From: an uncultured Candidatus Saccharibacteria bacterium
GTDB taxonomy: Bacteria; Patescibacteriota; Minisyncoccia; Phycocordibacterales; UBA9973
Length of the DNA: 64,000 nt
Assembly (NCBI GenBank): GCA_964482735.1
Contig: CAYZYV010000001.1
Span: forward strand, 80,172 to 144,171
Direction of reading: 5' to 3'
The notes beneath the pieces were generated by a model. The model was not told where the DNA came from and ran no database searches. It worked only from the letters and a program-made list of their open reading frames with translations. Both the position numbers and the translations under genes were made by a program. Positions within the stretch are counted from its first letter, which is position 1, and each line of letters begins with the position of its first letter. Positions 1 to 8,588 of the stretch are shown piece by piece.

Positions 1-131
1 CTATGTAAATCTCGAAAACCAGAGAAGTAAAAATATCCAACCAAAGCATCTACCTTATCGCAATTAGGTAAAATGCTCTTTAAGTTTGACGAAAGCGTAT
101 TATCACCGGTGTTTGTTATTGATGACGACAT
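1..131 (-). CDS. N-terminus (runs off window) of a probable PLD-domain/SNF2-type helicase or nuclease of a restriction-modification-like system
   Basis: Not in ORF track; ATG at 131 gives MSSSITNTGDNTLSSNLKSILPNCDKVDALVGYFYFSGFRDLH, resembling the D-x-LVGYF-x-x-SGF start of PLD-helicase fusions; begins 1 nt after the XRE gene. Confidence 0.55.
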   Translation of the reverse strand, partial: MSSSITNTGDNTLSSNLKSILPNCDKVDALVGYFYFSGFRDLH

Positions 132-132
132 A

Positions 133-339
133 TTATTTTAAAAGTTCGTTAGTTGAAACACCTAACGCCTTGGCTAAGCTAGTAATGGTTGAAAGAGTTG
201 GATTATTTTTTCCATTCTCGATATTACTCACAAAAGATCGATCAACACTCAACATGCGAGCGAGTTCTATTTGGCTAATATCTTTTTTGATCCTAAGTTT
301 TTTGAGATTTTCTCCCAACTTTTTGGCATCATCTTTCAT
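133..339 (-). CDS. XRE-family HTH regulator (R-M controller/C-protein-like)
   Basis: 68 aa HTH_3 pattern LKKLRIKKDISQIELARML..SNIENGKNNPTL. Confidence 0.85.
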   Translation of the reverse strand: MKDDAKKLGENLKKLRIKKDISQIELARMLSVDRSFVSNIENGKNNPTLSTITSLAKALGVSTNELLK

Positions 340-357
340 ACAAAGATTATAGCATAG

Positions 358-381
358 TTTGTTGTAATATAAAACAACAAA
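358..381. promoter_or_regulatory. Palindromic operator upstream of the XRE gene
   Basis: tttgttgt-N8-acaacaaa next to a minus-strand TGcTATAAT located 6 nt before the ATG. Confidence 0.45.
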
Positions 382-445
382 AACACCTCTCGAATTTGAG
401 AGGTGTTTTTGTTTGTAAACTAGCTATCTTTGAGCTAGCTCAAGT

Positions 446-519
446 TGGCTGCGAGACTAGGACTCGAACCTAGATTAGCGGAGCCAGAGACCGCTGTCCT
501 ACCATTAGACGATCTCGCA
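446..519 (-). tRNA. tRNA-Gln(CTG)
   Basis: Cloverleaf TGCGAGA..CT CTG GC..TTCGAGT..TCTCGCA GCCA; CCA encoded. Confidence 0.93.
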
Positions 520-601
520 ATAAAAGATCACAACAAAATATTACCACAAAACCTTAAAAAAACAATTGTATTACTGGCTATTTTGGGGTAAAATACAAAA
601 C

Positions 602-1327
602 ATGAATGAAGATAAAAAATATGGATATAAAGAAATAACAGCGGAAGATATTAGAAACGGAGGAATAACCCTTAACGCTATTGACGGAGAGGAGAAAAAG
701 CTATGCATGATTGAAGACGAATTTCGAACAGGAATGGATATCGTAAAAGACCTCCCGCCTTCTGTCACTTTTTACGGATCAGCAAGATTAAAAGAAGATC
801 ATCCTGAATACATCAGAGCATATAAATTAGCTTATCGTTTAGCAAAAGAACTTGGTTTTATCGTTATCACAGGTGGTGGTCCAGGAATTATGGAGGCTGC
901 AAACAAGGGTGCAAAAGATGCAGGAGTAGAATCAATTGGTTTAGCAATAAGACTACCTCACGAGCAACACACTAACCCTTATGTAACAAAAGAAGCTACT
1001 TTTAATTTCTTTTTCGCTAGACAAGTTTGTATGTCTTATACCACAGAAGCTTGTATCTTTTGCGCAGGAGGTTTTGGAACATTAAATGAACTTTTTGAAG
1101 TTTTAACTATTCTTCAAACAAAGAAAGTTGGAAAGTTCCCTGTAATCTTATACGGAGTAGAATTTTGGACACCTCTTAAACAAATCATAAAAGACTTTTT
1201 GGAAGATAAATATGAATTAGTTGGTGAAAATGACGATCAGATATTTGTTATAACCGACGACGAAGATGAGGTTTTAAATATCGTAAAGAAAACAGGTACA
1301 AGAGACGGAAGCGACGCCCTTTACTAA
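602..1327 (+). CDS. LOG-family (TIGR00730) nucleotide phosphoribohydrolase
   Basis: VTFYGSAR, TGGGPGIMEAAN and GGFGTLNE motifs; start taken at ATG 602. Confidence 0.88.
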   Translation: MNEDKKYGYKEITAEDIRNGGITLNAIDGEEKKLCMIEDEFRTGMDIVKDLPPSVTFYGSARLKEDHPEYIRAYKLAYRLAKELGFIVITGGGPGIMEAANKGAKDAGVESIGLAIRLPHEQHTNPYVTKEATFNFFFARQVCMSYTTEACIFCAGGFGTLNELFEVLTILQTKKVGKFPVILYGVEFWTPLKQIIKDFLEDKYELVGENDDQIFVITDDEDEVLNIVKKTGTRDGSDALY

Positions 1328-1332
1328 AGAAT

Positions 1333-1378
1333 AAAATCATAAATCCCACAAGTAATTACTTGTGGGATTTATGATTTT
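1333..1378. terminator. Perfect 46-bp palindrome between convergent LOG and pyrG genes
   Basis: aaaatcataaatcccacaagtaa|ttacttgtgggatttatgatttt; right arm is the pyrG 3' end. Confidence 0.6.
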
Positions 1379-3041
1379 TTATACAAGCGTTTACAAAAGC
1401 ATTAAATAAAGGATGTGGCTCCAGAGGCCTTGCATTAAATTCTGGATGGAACTGAGTCCCTAGGAAAAATGGATGTTTATTTTTTGGTAATTCAGCTATC
1501 TCGCACAAAAGTCCATCTGGAGATTTGCCTGAAAAAACCATTCCTGCTTTTTCTAGTTTGTCTACATAAGCATTGTTAACTTCATAACGATGTCTGTGTC
1601 TTTCAGAAATTTCTTTTTTACCATAAGCTTTTTTGGCCACACTGCCATCTTTTAGAATTGCTTTATAAGCACCAAGTCTCATACTTCCACCCATTAATCT
1701 TTGTTTTATTTTTTCCTTTTGATCTTCCATCTCATCAACTATCAAATTTTTTGAATTTGGATTTATTTCCTTTGTGTTAGCATCCTTTAATCCGAGAACA
1801 TTTCTAGCATACTCTATCACCATTAGTTGCATTCCATAGCAAAGACCAAAATATGGTATCTTGTTCTTTCTAGCATATTCTATTGTCTTGATTATTCCTT
1901 CTATTCCACGAGAACCAAAACCTCCTGGAACTATTATTCCATCATATTGTTTTAGTTCCTTTAATTTTCTAGCGTCTTTTTCATATTCTGTTGATGATAT
2001 CCATGTTAAAGTTGGTTTTCGTCCATAGAAATATGAAGAATATTTGACTGCCTCTATAACACTCAAATACGAATCTGAAAAAGTAAAATCTCCCGTATTA
2101 AAATACTTACCAACGACGGCTATCTTTAATTCTTTTTTTAAATCATACGTGGATTTTGCAAATTTCTGCCAAGGAGTAACACCTCTGTTTTTACGATAAG
2201 GCAGACCTATAGTTTCGCTAATGATTTTACCTAAATTTTCTTTTTCATAATTGCGTGGAATGTTATAAATACTATCAACATCGGGAGATGAAATCACTCT
2301 GTCCTTAGAAATGTTACAGAACATTGAAATTTTCTCTTTTCGAGGGTCGTCTAGAGGCACTCGGCTTCTCGCTAGTATTATATCTGGTTGTATTCCCGAA
2401 GAATTAAGGGTACGGACGGCATATTGTGTTGGTTTTGTTTTCATCTCCCCAACCTTTGAAGGTATAGGTAAAAATGAAACCATCACAAAGAAGACATCTT
2501 TTGGATTTTTGATTTTCATCATTCTAGCAGCTTCCAAGAAAAGCATGTTTTGGTATTCTCCCACAGTTCCACCTATCTCTATCATTACGACGTTTGCGTT
2601 AGCTTTGTCTCTCGCTTCTTCAATACGACGAATAACTTCTAGCGGTATGTGAGGAACCACCTCTACACATTTTCCACCGTATTCCAGATTCCTTTCTCTT
2701 TTTATAACATTCTCATAAACCCTCCCCGTCGTCATGTAATTAATGTTTGGTAAGGTGGTGTTTAAAAATCTTTCATAATTACCCATATCTTGATCACACT
2801 CATATCCATCATCCAATACAAAAACTTCCCCGTGTTCTGTCGGATTCATCGTTCCCGCGTCTATATTTATATACGGATCTATTTTTATGGAAGTTACTCT
2901 GTGACCTTGATCAAGTAGTATTCTCCCTATAGAAGAAGAAGCCACCCCTTTACCTACACCTGAAATTACTCCACCGACGACAAAGATATACTTACAGTTA
3001 CTTTTCTTGTGTATATTTTTTGTCGATAGTGTGGTCTTCAT
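1356..3041 (-). CDS. pyrG: CTP synthase
   Basis: GGVISGVGKG, KIDPYINIDAGTM, GLCYGMQ, QFHPE. Confidence 0.97.
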   Translation of the reverse strand: MKTTLSTKNIHKKSNCKYIFVVGGVISGVGKGVASSSIGRILLDQGHRVTSIKIDPYINIDAGTMNPTEHGEVFVLDDGYECDQDMGNYERFLNTTLPNINYMTTGRVYENVIKRERNLEYGGKCVEVVPHIPLEVIRRIEEARDKANANVVMIEIGGTVGEYQNMLFLEAARMMKIKNPKDVFFVMVSFLPIPSKVGEMKTKPTQYAVRTLNSSGIQPDIILARSRVPLDDPRKEKISMFCNISKDRVISSPDVDSIYNIPRNYEKENLGKIISETIGLPYRKNRGVTPWQKFAKSTYDLKKELKIAVVGKYFNTGDFTFSDSYLSVIEAVKYSSYFYGRKPTLTWISSTEYEKDARKLKELKQYDGIIVPGGFGSRGIEGIIKTIEYARKNKIPYFGLCYGMQLMVIEYARNVLGLKDANTKEINPNSKNLIVDEMEDQKEKIKQRLMGGSMRLGAYKAILKDGSVAKKAYGKKEISERHRHRYEVNNAYVDKLEKAGMVFSGKSPDGLLCEIAELPKNKHPFFLGTQFHPEFNARPLEPHPLFNAFVNACIKNHKSHK

Positions 3042-3042
3042 G

Positions 3043-3966
3043 TTATCTCTTTAAGTATTTATGGACAGCAAAGAAACTAGATATTCCTCCTATGATAGTT
3101 CCAGAGCCGAGCATTATAATAAATAATTGTAAGAAGTTAGATTTATAGTAAGAAAATAGATTTATTCCTATAAATTCTGTCATTTGATTACCAAGCCATA
3201 TCGAAACAGGAATAAAGATTATCATCGTTGCCAATGAAGCGATAACTCCCACGATGATTCCAGACACGATAAATGGTCCGCGAATATAGTCACCTCCTGC
3301 ACCAACCAATTTCATAACACCTATTTCTTCTCGTGATATATAGATAATTAATTTAACAGTACTAAATGTTATCACCAAAGAAATAATGACTAGAATCAAA
3401 GATACAGCAAAGCCTAATTGCTTGGCTCCATTGATTATCGAAGTCAATCTATCTATAACCATTTTATTCTGACTATAATCTATTTTATCTATAATCATCA
3501 ATTCTCCTCGCGAGATTGTATTTTCACTTTCAAAATACTTAGAAATGCTTTCATATTGAGACGGATCTTTTGCTCTGACATTCAAAGATGCTCCTAGTGG
3601 ATTTTCACCTAATTCTTCGAGGGCTTGTAATGTTAAATAATCGTTAGCATGTTTCTCTTTAAAGTCCATTAATGCTTGGTCTTCAGAAACGTACTCAATA
3701 TCTTTAACTTCTGGTAATTTTTCGAGAGATTCTTTGATATTTAGGATAGATGTTTCAGAAGCATTAGGAACAAAATAAACAGTTACGTCTACCTTATCTT
3801 TTATTTCATTAAGGGAAGCATTAAGAGCTGCTTGTATAAAGACAAGAGAAGTAATAACAAACAAGGTGATTGTCATTATCAGAACGCTAGCAACAGAAGT
3901 AAAACCACTTCTTTTAAAGTTACGACATCCAGATATTACAACTCTTTTAAATTTAATAAAATTCAT
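3043..3966 (-). CDS. ftsX: Cell division permease FtsX
   Basis: 4-TM FtsX layout, ENPLGAS, EIGVMKLVGA...IRGPF; follows ftsE. Confidence 0.9.
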   Translation of the reverse strand: MNFIKFKRVVISGCRNFKRSGFTSVASVLIMTITLFVITSLVFIQAALNASLNEIKDKVDVTVYFVPNASETSILNIKESLEKLPEVKDIEYVSEDQALMDFKEKHANDYLTLQALEELGENPLGASLNVRAKDPSQYESISKYFESENTISRGELMIIDKIDYSQNKMVIDRLTSIINGAKQLGFAVSLILVIISLVITFSTVKLIIYISREEIGVMKLVGAGGDYIRGPFIVSGIIVGVIASLATMIIFIPVSIWLGNQMTEFIGINLFSYYKSNFLQLFIIMLGSGTIIGGISSFFAVHKYLKR

Positions 3967-3973
3967 ATTTTTA

Positions 3974-4651
3974 TTATAGCATGTACTTGCCATCTTTATC
4001 GTCTCTTACTATGCGACCATTTTCTAGTGTAATAACTCTCTTTTTAACTTGGTCTATGACTGTCCTATTGTGAGTTGTTAAAATGACAGTTGTCCCCAAT
4101 TCGTTAATTTTCTTTAATAAATTAACAACATCGTTTGTGTTTATTGGATCAAGATTCCCAGTTGGTTCGTCAGCAATAATTATATCTGGTTGAGTAATTA
4201 TTGCACGGGCTATAGCAAGTCTCTGTTTCTCACCACCAGACAACTGATGAGGGAAATTATTTTCTTTTCCATTTAAGCCTACCAATTCTAAGACTCTAGG
4301 GACATCTTCTTTTATCTCATCCTCATCTTTATCTACAGCCTCCATAGCAAAAGCAATGTTCTCATAGACGGTTTTGTTGGGTAAAAGACGAAAATCCTGA
4401 AAAACTGTTCCGATTTTTCTTCTTAATTTAGTTAATTCTTTACTTGTTAGCTTAGTAATATCTGTTGAGTCAAAAAAGATAGAGCCTTTGGAAGGATCTT
4501 CTTCTGCCAAAATCAATTTAGTTAATGTTGTCTTTCCTGCTCCCGAATGTCCAACGATAGAAACAAACTCCCCTTGAGAGATTGTAATATTAATGTCCTC
4601 AAGACAAACATTGTCCGAATATTTTTTTGTTACATTATTAAAATAAATCAT
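3974..4651 (-). CDS. ftsE: Cell division ATP-binding protein FtsE
   Basis: GHSGAGKTT, VFQDFRLL, LSGGEKQR, ADEPTGNLD. Confidence 0.93.
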   Translation of the reverse strand: MIYFNNVTKKYSDNVCLEDINITISQGEFVSIVGHSGAGKTTLTKLILAEEDPSKGSIFFDSTDITKLTSKELTKLRRKIGTVFQDFRLLPNKTVYENIAFAMEAVDKDEDEIKEDVPRVLELVGLNGKENNFPHQLSGGEKQRLAIARAIITQPDIIIADEPTGNLDPINTNDVVNLLKKINELGTTVILTTHNRTVIDQVKKRVITLENGRIVRDDKDGKYML

Positions 4652-4667
4652 TGTCTTTGTTATGATA

Positions 4668-5555
4668 TCACAAATCCTTTTCCGCTTCAATAAAATCATC
4701 TAATTCACCATCTTGTAAAACAGCATCCACCTTACTAGTTTCCATTAGGGTGCGATGGTCTTTGATCATTTTATAAGGATGGAGGACGTAAGACCTGATT
4801 TGGCTTCCCCACTCTATTTCTGTTGTTTTTGATATAGAAAAACCTTCTTTTTCTCTCTTTTTATCGTCTTCCTGTTTTTTATAAATTTTGCCCTTCAACA
4901 TCTCCATGGCCTTTTCTTTGTTTTGTTCTTGGGAACGTTCGCTTGTTACGTGGACAGAGATATTTGTGGGTATGTGAACTATCCGGACCGCTGTCTCTCT
5001 TTTGTTCACATTCTGTCCTCCAGGACCCCCAGCTTTCGAAAGTTCTATTCTGATGTCGTCTGGAGATATTTCTATTTCTTTATCATTCTTCTCAAACTCT
5101 GGTACAACTTCTACAAGCGAAAATGATGTGTGGCGAAGAGATTTGGCATTAAATGGTGAGATACGAACAAGACGATGAACTCCAGATTCGTTCTTTAATG
5201 TTCCATAAGCATTTTTACCTATTATTTCTAATGAAACATTTCGATATCCACCTAAGTCGTTTTTATTTTCGTGAATTATGCTATATGAAAAATTTTTTCT
5301 ATCAAGAAATTTCATATACATTCGCAAAAGCATGGCCGAGAAATCTTCTGCATCATCTCCTCCTGCTCCAGACAGGATAGATAAAATACAATTGCCCCTA
5401 TCATATTTGCCGACACCTTGAAGTTGATCTTTTAGTTCATTCATCCTCTTAATGACATTCTGAGCATTAACCTTATCATCCCAAAAGTTAACTTGAAGCA
5501 TTTGATCTTCAAGATTTTTTAATTCTTCTTCTATTTTTATCTTATCACTATCCAT
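4668..5555 (-). CDS. prfB: Peptide chain release factor 2 (short form, no frameshift site)
   Basis: GVHRLVRISPF (SPF) and GGQ motifs; start MDSDKIK at 5555 because the longer ORF runs through a tRNA. Confidence 0.92.
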   Translation of the reverse strand: MDSDKIKIEEELKNLEDQMLQVNFWDDKVNAQNVIKRMNELKDQLQGVGKYDRGNCILSILSGAGGDDAEDFSAMLLRMYMKFLDRKNFSYSIIHENKNDLGGYRNVSLEIIGKNAYGTLKNESGVHRLVRISPFNAKSLRHTSFSLVEVVPEFEKNDKEIEISPDDIRIELSKAGGPGGQNVNKRETAVRIVHIPTNISVHVTSERSQEQNKEKAMEMLKGKIYKKQEDDKKREKEGFSISKTTEIEWGSQIRSYVLHPYKMIKDHRTLMETSKVDAVLQDGELDDFIEAEKDL

Positions 5556-5630
5556 GGAGCCGAAGGTCAGGATTGAACTGACGACCTGCGGTTTACGATA
5601 CCGCCGCTCTACCAACTGAGCTACTTCGGC
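5555..5630 (-). tRNA. tRNA-Thr(CGT)
   Basis: GCCGAAG..GCGGT AT CGT AA ACCGC..CTTCGGC TCCA. Confidence 0.92.
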
Positions 5631-5657
5631 TTAGTGATTTTTTTAAAAAATCTAAAT

Positions 5658-5767
5658 TGAGCCCACGATCGGAATTGAACCGATGACCTCGCCCTTACCA
5701 TGGGTGTGCTCTACCAACTCCTGCCCGCAATGCTTAAAGCATAGCTTTTGCAGGCGGGGAGCTACAA
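5658..5767 (-). pseudogene. Disrupted duplicate of tRNA-Thr(GGT)
   Basis: Near copy of 5782-5854 with a 39-bp insertion in the D-arm and no pairing 5' acceptor strand. Confidence 0.75.
5720..5758. repeat. 39-bp GC-rich palindromic repeat (CCTGCCCGC...GCAGGCGGG)
   Basis: Differs by one base from the copy at 63161-63199. Confidence 0.85.
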
Positions 5768-5781
5768 AACTTCATCCGCTG

Positions 5782-5854
5782 AGCCGTTGATCGGGATTGA
5801 ACCGATGACCTCGCCCTTACCATGGGCGTGCTCTACCAACTGAGCTACAACGGC
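5782..5854 (-). tRNA. tRNA-Thr(GGT)
   Basis: GCCGTTG..CGCCC AT GGT AA GGGCG..CAACGGC T. Confidence 0.92.
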
Positions 5855-6058
5855 TTATGGTTTTATTATATTACTATTTTTTTGTCTTTTTTACAATTAT
5901 CCTTGCATTTTTTTGGATTTTGGGTTATTATGCTTTTTATACATCGCGGGATAGAGAAAAGGTATCTCGCAAAGGAATAATAGCTCGAATGACCTAAGGT
6001 TATGAGCCTGTTCCTTAAAAGGTTAGTTTTTGCATTTAAGTTTAAAGTTTGTACATAT

Positions 6059-6129
6059 CGCGGGATAGAGAAATGGTATCTCGTAAGGCTCATAACCTTA
6101 AGATCTTGGTTCAATTCCAAGTCCCGCAA
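6059..6129 (+). tRNA. tRNA-fMet(CAT), initiator-type
   Basis: CGCGGGA/TCCCGCA with C1:A72 mismatch; CT CAT AA loop. Confidence 0.85.
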
Positions 6130-6214
6130 CATTTATTTATAACCTATTTTAATAGAGGGTTTTTAAGGTTGAAAATATATTAAAATATGCTATATTTATA
6201 TCGCACAGATAGAT

Positions 6215-6292
6215 GTTGGTGTAGCTGTTTTGGTTAGGTTATATGTGAAATATGTCGGTGTAGCTGTTTTGGTTAGGTTATATGTGAAATAT
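6215..6292 (+). repeat. Two tandem 39-bp repeats beginning with the tRNA-Met 5' end
   Basis: gt(t/c)ggtgtagctgttttggttaggttatatgtgaaatat x2 directly before the tRNA. Confidence 0.8.
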
Positions 6293-6366
6293 GTCGGTGT
6301 AGCTCAGCTGGTTAGAGCGTGGGACTCATAAGCCCAAGGTCGGAGGTCCGAGCCCTCCCACCGACA
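6293..6366 (+). tRNA. tRNA-Met(CAT), probably elongator (Ile2 not excluded)
   Basis: GTCGGTG/CACCGAC stem, CT CAT AA loop; atypical T-loop TCCGAGC. Confidence 0.8.
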
Positions 6367-6367
6367 C

Positions 6368-6586
6368 ATGAAAATAAAGAAAATACAAAAAATTAGTTTA
6401 ATATCATTTCTGTCTTGCATGATTCTATGTACCTGTTTGGCTATATTTATGATTTGGAACGAACCAAAGGATTTTGGCGTAATTAATCAATTAACTCTTA
6501 CCTTCTTTATTATTGGGTTAGCTTCTTTTTTAACATGGATTACTGTTATAATATTAGAAATTAAAAGGGGTATTGAAAAAAAATAA
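6368..6586 (+). CDS. Small two-TM membrane protein
   Basis: 72 aa, two hydrophobic helices, basic ends. Confidence 0.6.
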   Translation: MKIKKIQKISLISFLSCMILCTCLAIFMIWNEPKDFGVINQLTLTFFIIGLASFLTWITVIILEIKRGIEKK

Positions 6587-6651
6587 GTTTTAGGTTAAGA
6601 TAATACTTGCAGAAAAGAAAAACATGCTTTGTTAAAAAACAAATAACACAT

Positions 6652-6725
6652 GCAGCCGTAGCTCAACTGGTTAGAGCACCCGCCTGTCACGCGGGAGGTT
6701 GAGGGTTCAAGTCCCTTCGACTGCG
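6652..6725 (+). tRNA. tRNA-Asp(GTC)
   Basis: GCAGCCG..CCCGC CT GTC AC GCGGG..TTCAAGT..CGACTGC G. Confidence 0.92.
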
Positions 6726-6761
6726 CAAATAAAAAAAGAAGCCTAAATGGCTTCTTTTTTT

Positions 6762-7090
6762 CAGTCGAAGGGACTTGAAAGACGGAGCACGACGGTGCGA
6801 GGCGGGGTCGCGAGATTTTTCAGCAGAAAAATACTTGTGACCAAGTCCCTCGTTTTGTATTTTATTTATATATACTGGGTGATTTTGTTTTTTGCATAAG
6901 AAGGGACTTGAACCGGGGGCTTGCGAAGCCCGCGACAGCGGAAAGCCCGAGTGGAGGTCAATGAAGTGAGATATTTTATGAGTGATAACGAAATAAAATA
7001 TCCACGAGAGTGACCAAGTCCCCCATTTTGCCTGCGTAGGGACTTGAACAGCGGAGTCATATTTTTCTAACAAGAAAAATAGACGAGTTA
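6762..7090 (+). repeat. Array of three nested-hairpin elements attached to the tRNA-Asp 3' end
   Basis: Units open with AGGGACTTGAA (antisense T-arm); the first two close with GTGACC-AAGTCCC (sense T-arm). Confidence 0.75.
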
Positions 7091-7171
7091 GTGACTAGAC
7101 AAAAATTTTTGACAAAAGTGTTTTTTGAGAATAAGCTATAATTAAAATAAACCTTTTAAAAACTTAATAAC

Positions 7172-8539
7172 ATGGAAACAGAGAAGCCTAAAATTTTTGT
7201 ACTAGACACGAATGTTCTACTACATGATTCTTTATCTATCTTTTCTTTTAAGGAGCATAATGTTTATATCCCCATAGAAGCAATCGAGGAACTCGATAGG
7301 GTTAAAAAGGGAAATGATACATTAAACTACAACTCAAGAGACTCCGCCAGAAACCTTGACGAAAAATTCCCACCAGAAAAACTTTTCGACGGTGGAGCTT
7401 CGTTGGGAGAAGGCCTTGGGTTAATCAGAATTATAATGAGTTTTCCATACAATCCAGAGGTTGAAAAATACTTTTCTCCTCTAGAAGTTAAGAATGGTTA
7501 TTTACAAAAAAATGTAGATCACCATATCATTAATACCGCCTACTGTTTATCTAAAGAAGAAAAAGGTAGCGAGATTATTCTTGTTTCAAAAGACGTAAAT
7601 GTACGATTAAAAGCAAAATCTCTCGGTTTAAGAGCCGAAGATTACAAAGCCGATAAGGTAGTAGATGTTAACTCTTTATACAGAGGGGCTAGAAAAATAA
7701 TAGTTCCTAAGGAAAAAATAGATCAGCTATACAAACTGAAATATTTTGAATTTTCAGGGAAAGAAAGATTGGACCCTAATGAATGTTTAATACTAACAAC
7801 GCACGGGGTAATGGGGGTGAATCAGACAGCACTTGGAATTCACGAGGATGGAATTATAAAATTGGTAACAAAAGATGGAGTTTCTGCTTTTGGAATAAGG
7901 CCTAAAAATTCAGAGCAAGCATTTGCCTTGTCATTCTTATTGAATCCAGCAATAACCCTAGTAACAATTATAGGCAAGGCTGGAACGGGAAAAACAATCC
8001 TTTCTATCGCTGCCGCTCTTGATCAGGCAATGGAAAGAGACGGGGAAGAATTATACGAGGAGGTATTATTCACAAGGCAAACAATATCACTTTGTGATAA
8101 CGACATCGGTTTTCTTCCCGGAACAGCAAAAGAAAAAGTTAACCCGTATATGCAAGGACTTTATGATAATCTTGGAGTCATAAAAAGCGACACAAAAAAT
8201 ACCAACAAGGTACAAAGATTGCAAGATGAAGGAAAAATAATAATTGAACCACTTTCTCTGATAAGAGGAAGGAGTTTAGCAAAAAAATTTTTCATCATAG
8301 ATGAGGCACAAAATCTTACACCTGGTGAAATAAAAGCAATAATCACTAGGGCCGGAGAAGGAACAAAAATAGTCCTTATTGGGGATATTTCTCAAACTGA
8401 CACTCCCCTATTAGATGAAAGATCCAACGGCCTTAGTGTTCTAATAGAAAAAATGCGTGGACAAGATTTTTATGCTCATGCCGTCTTAAAAAAGGGCGAG
8501 CGAAGCCATATGTCCGAAGTCGCGGGAAATCTTCTCTAG
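7172..8539 (+). CDS. PIN-PhoH family protein (PhoH2-like)
   Basis: N-terminal PIN FVLDTNVLLHD; GKAGTGKT, RGRSL, IIDEAQN, GDISQTD. Confidence 0.9.
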   Translation: METEKPKIFVLDTNVLLHDSLSIFSFKEHNVYIPIEAIEELDRVKKGNDTLNYNSRDSARNLDEKFPPEKLFDGGASLGEGLGLIRIIMSFPYNPEVEKYFSPLEVKNGYLQKNVDHHIINTAYCLSKEEKGSEIILVSKDVNVRLKAKSLGLRAEDYKADKVVDVNSLYRGARKIIVPKEKIDQLYKLKYFEFSGKERLDPNECLILTTHGVMGVNQTALGIHEDGIIKLVTKDGVSAFGIRPKNSEQAFALSFLLNPAITLVTIIGKAGTGKTILSIAAALDQAMERDGEELYEEVLFTRQTISLCDNDIGFLPGTAKEKVNPYMQGLYDNLGVIKSDTKNTNKVQRLQDEGKIIIEPLSLIRGRSLAKKFFIIDEAQNLTPGEIKAIITRAGEGTKIVLIGDISQTDTPLLDERSNGLSVLIEKMRGQDFYAHAVLKKGERSHMSEVAGNLL

Positions 8540-8588
8540 TTTTTAAAAACATAAAAAGGGCTGACATCTGTCAGCCTCTTTTTTTATT

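Noticed and set aside
5556-5615. N-terminal extension of RF2 in the ORF track
   Set aside because: It is the tRNA-Thr(CGT) sequence read as codons
6215-6292. Possible mini CRISPR array
   Set aside because: Units are contiguous identical 39-mers with no unique spacers, derived from the tRNA 5' end; no cas1 in the window
6687-7073. ORFs over tRNA/tmRNA trailers (also 5866-6132, 27440-27758, 39068-39894)
   Set aside because: They overlap RNA genes and GC-rich palindromes; no protein-like features
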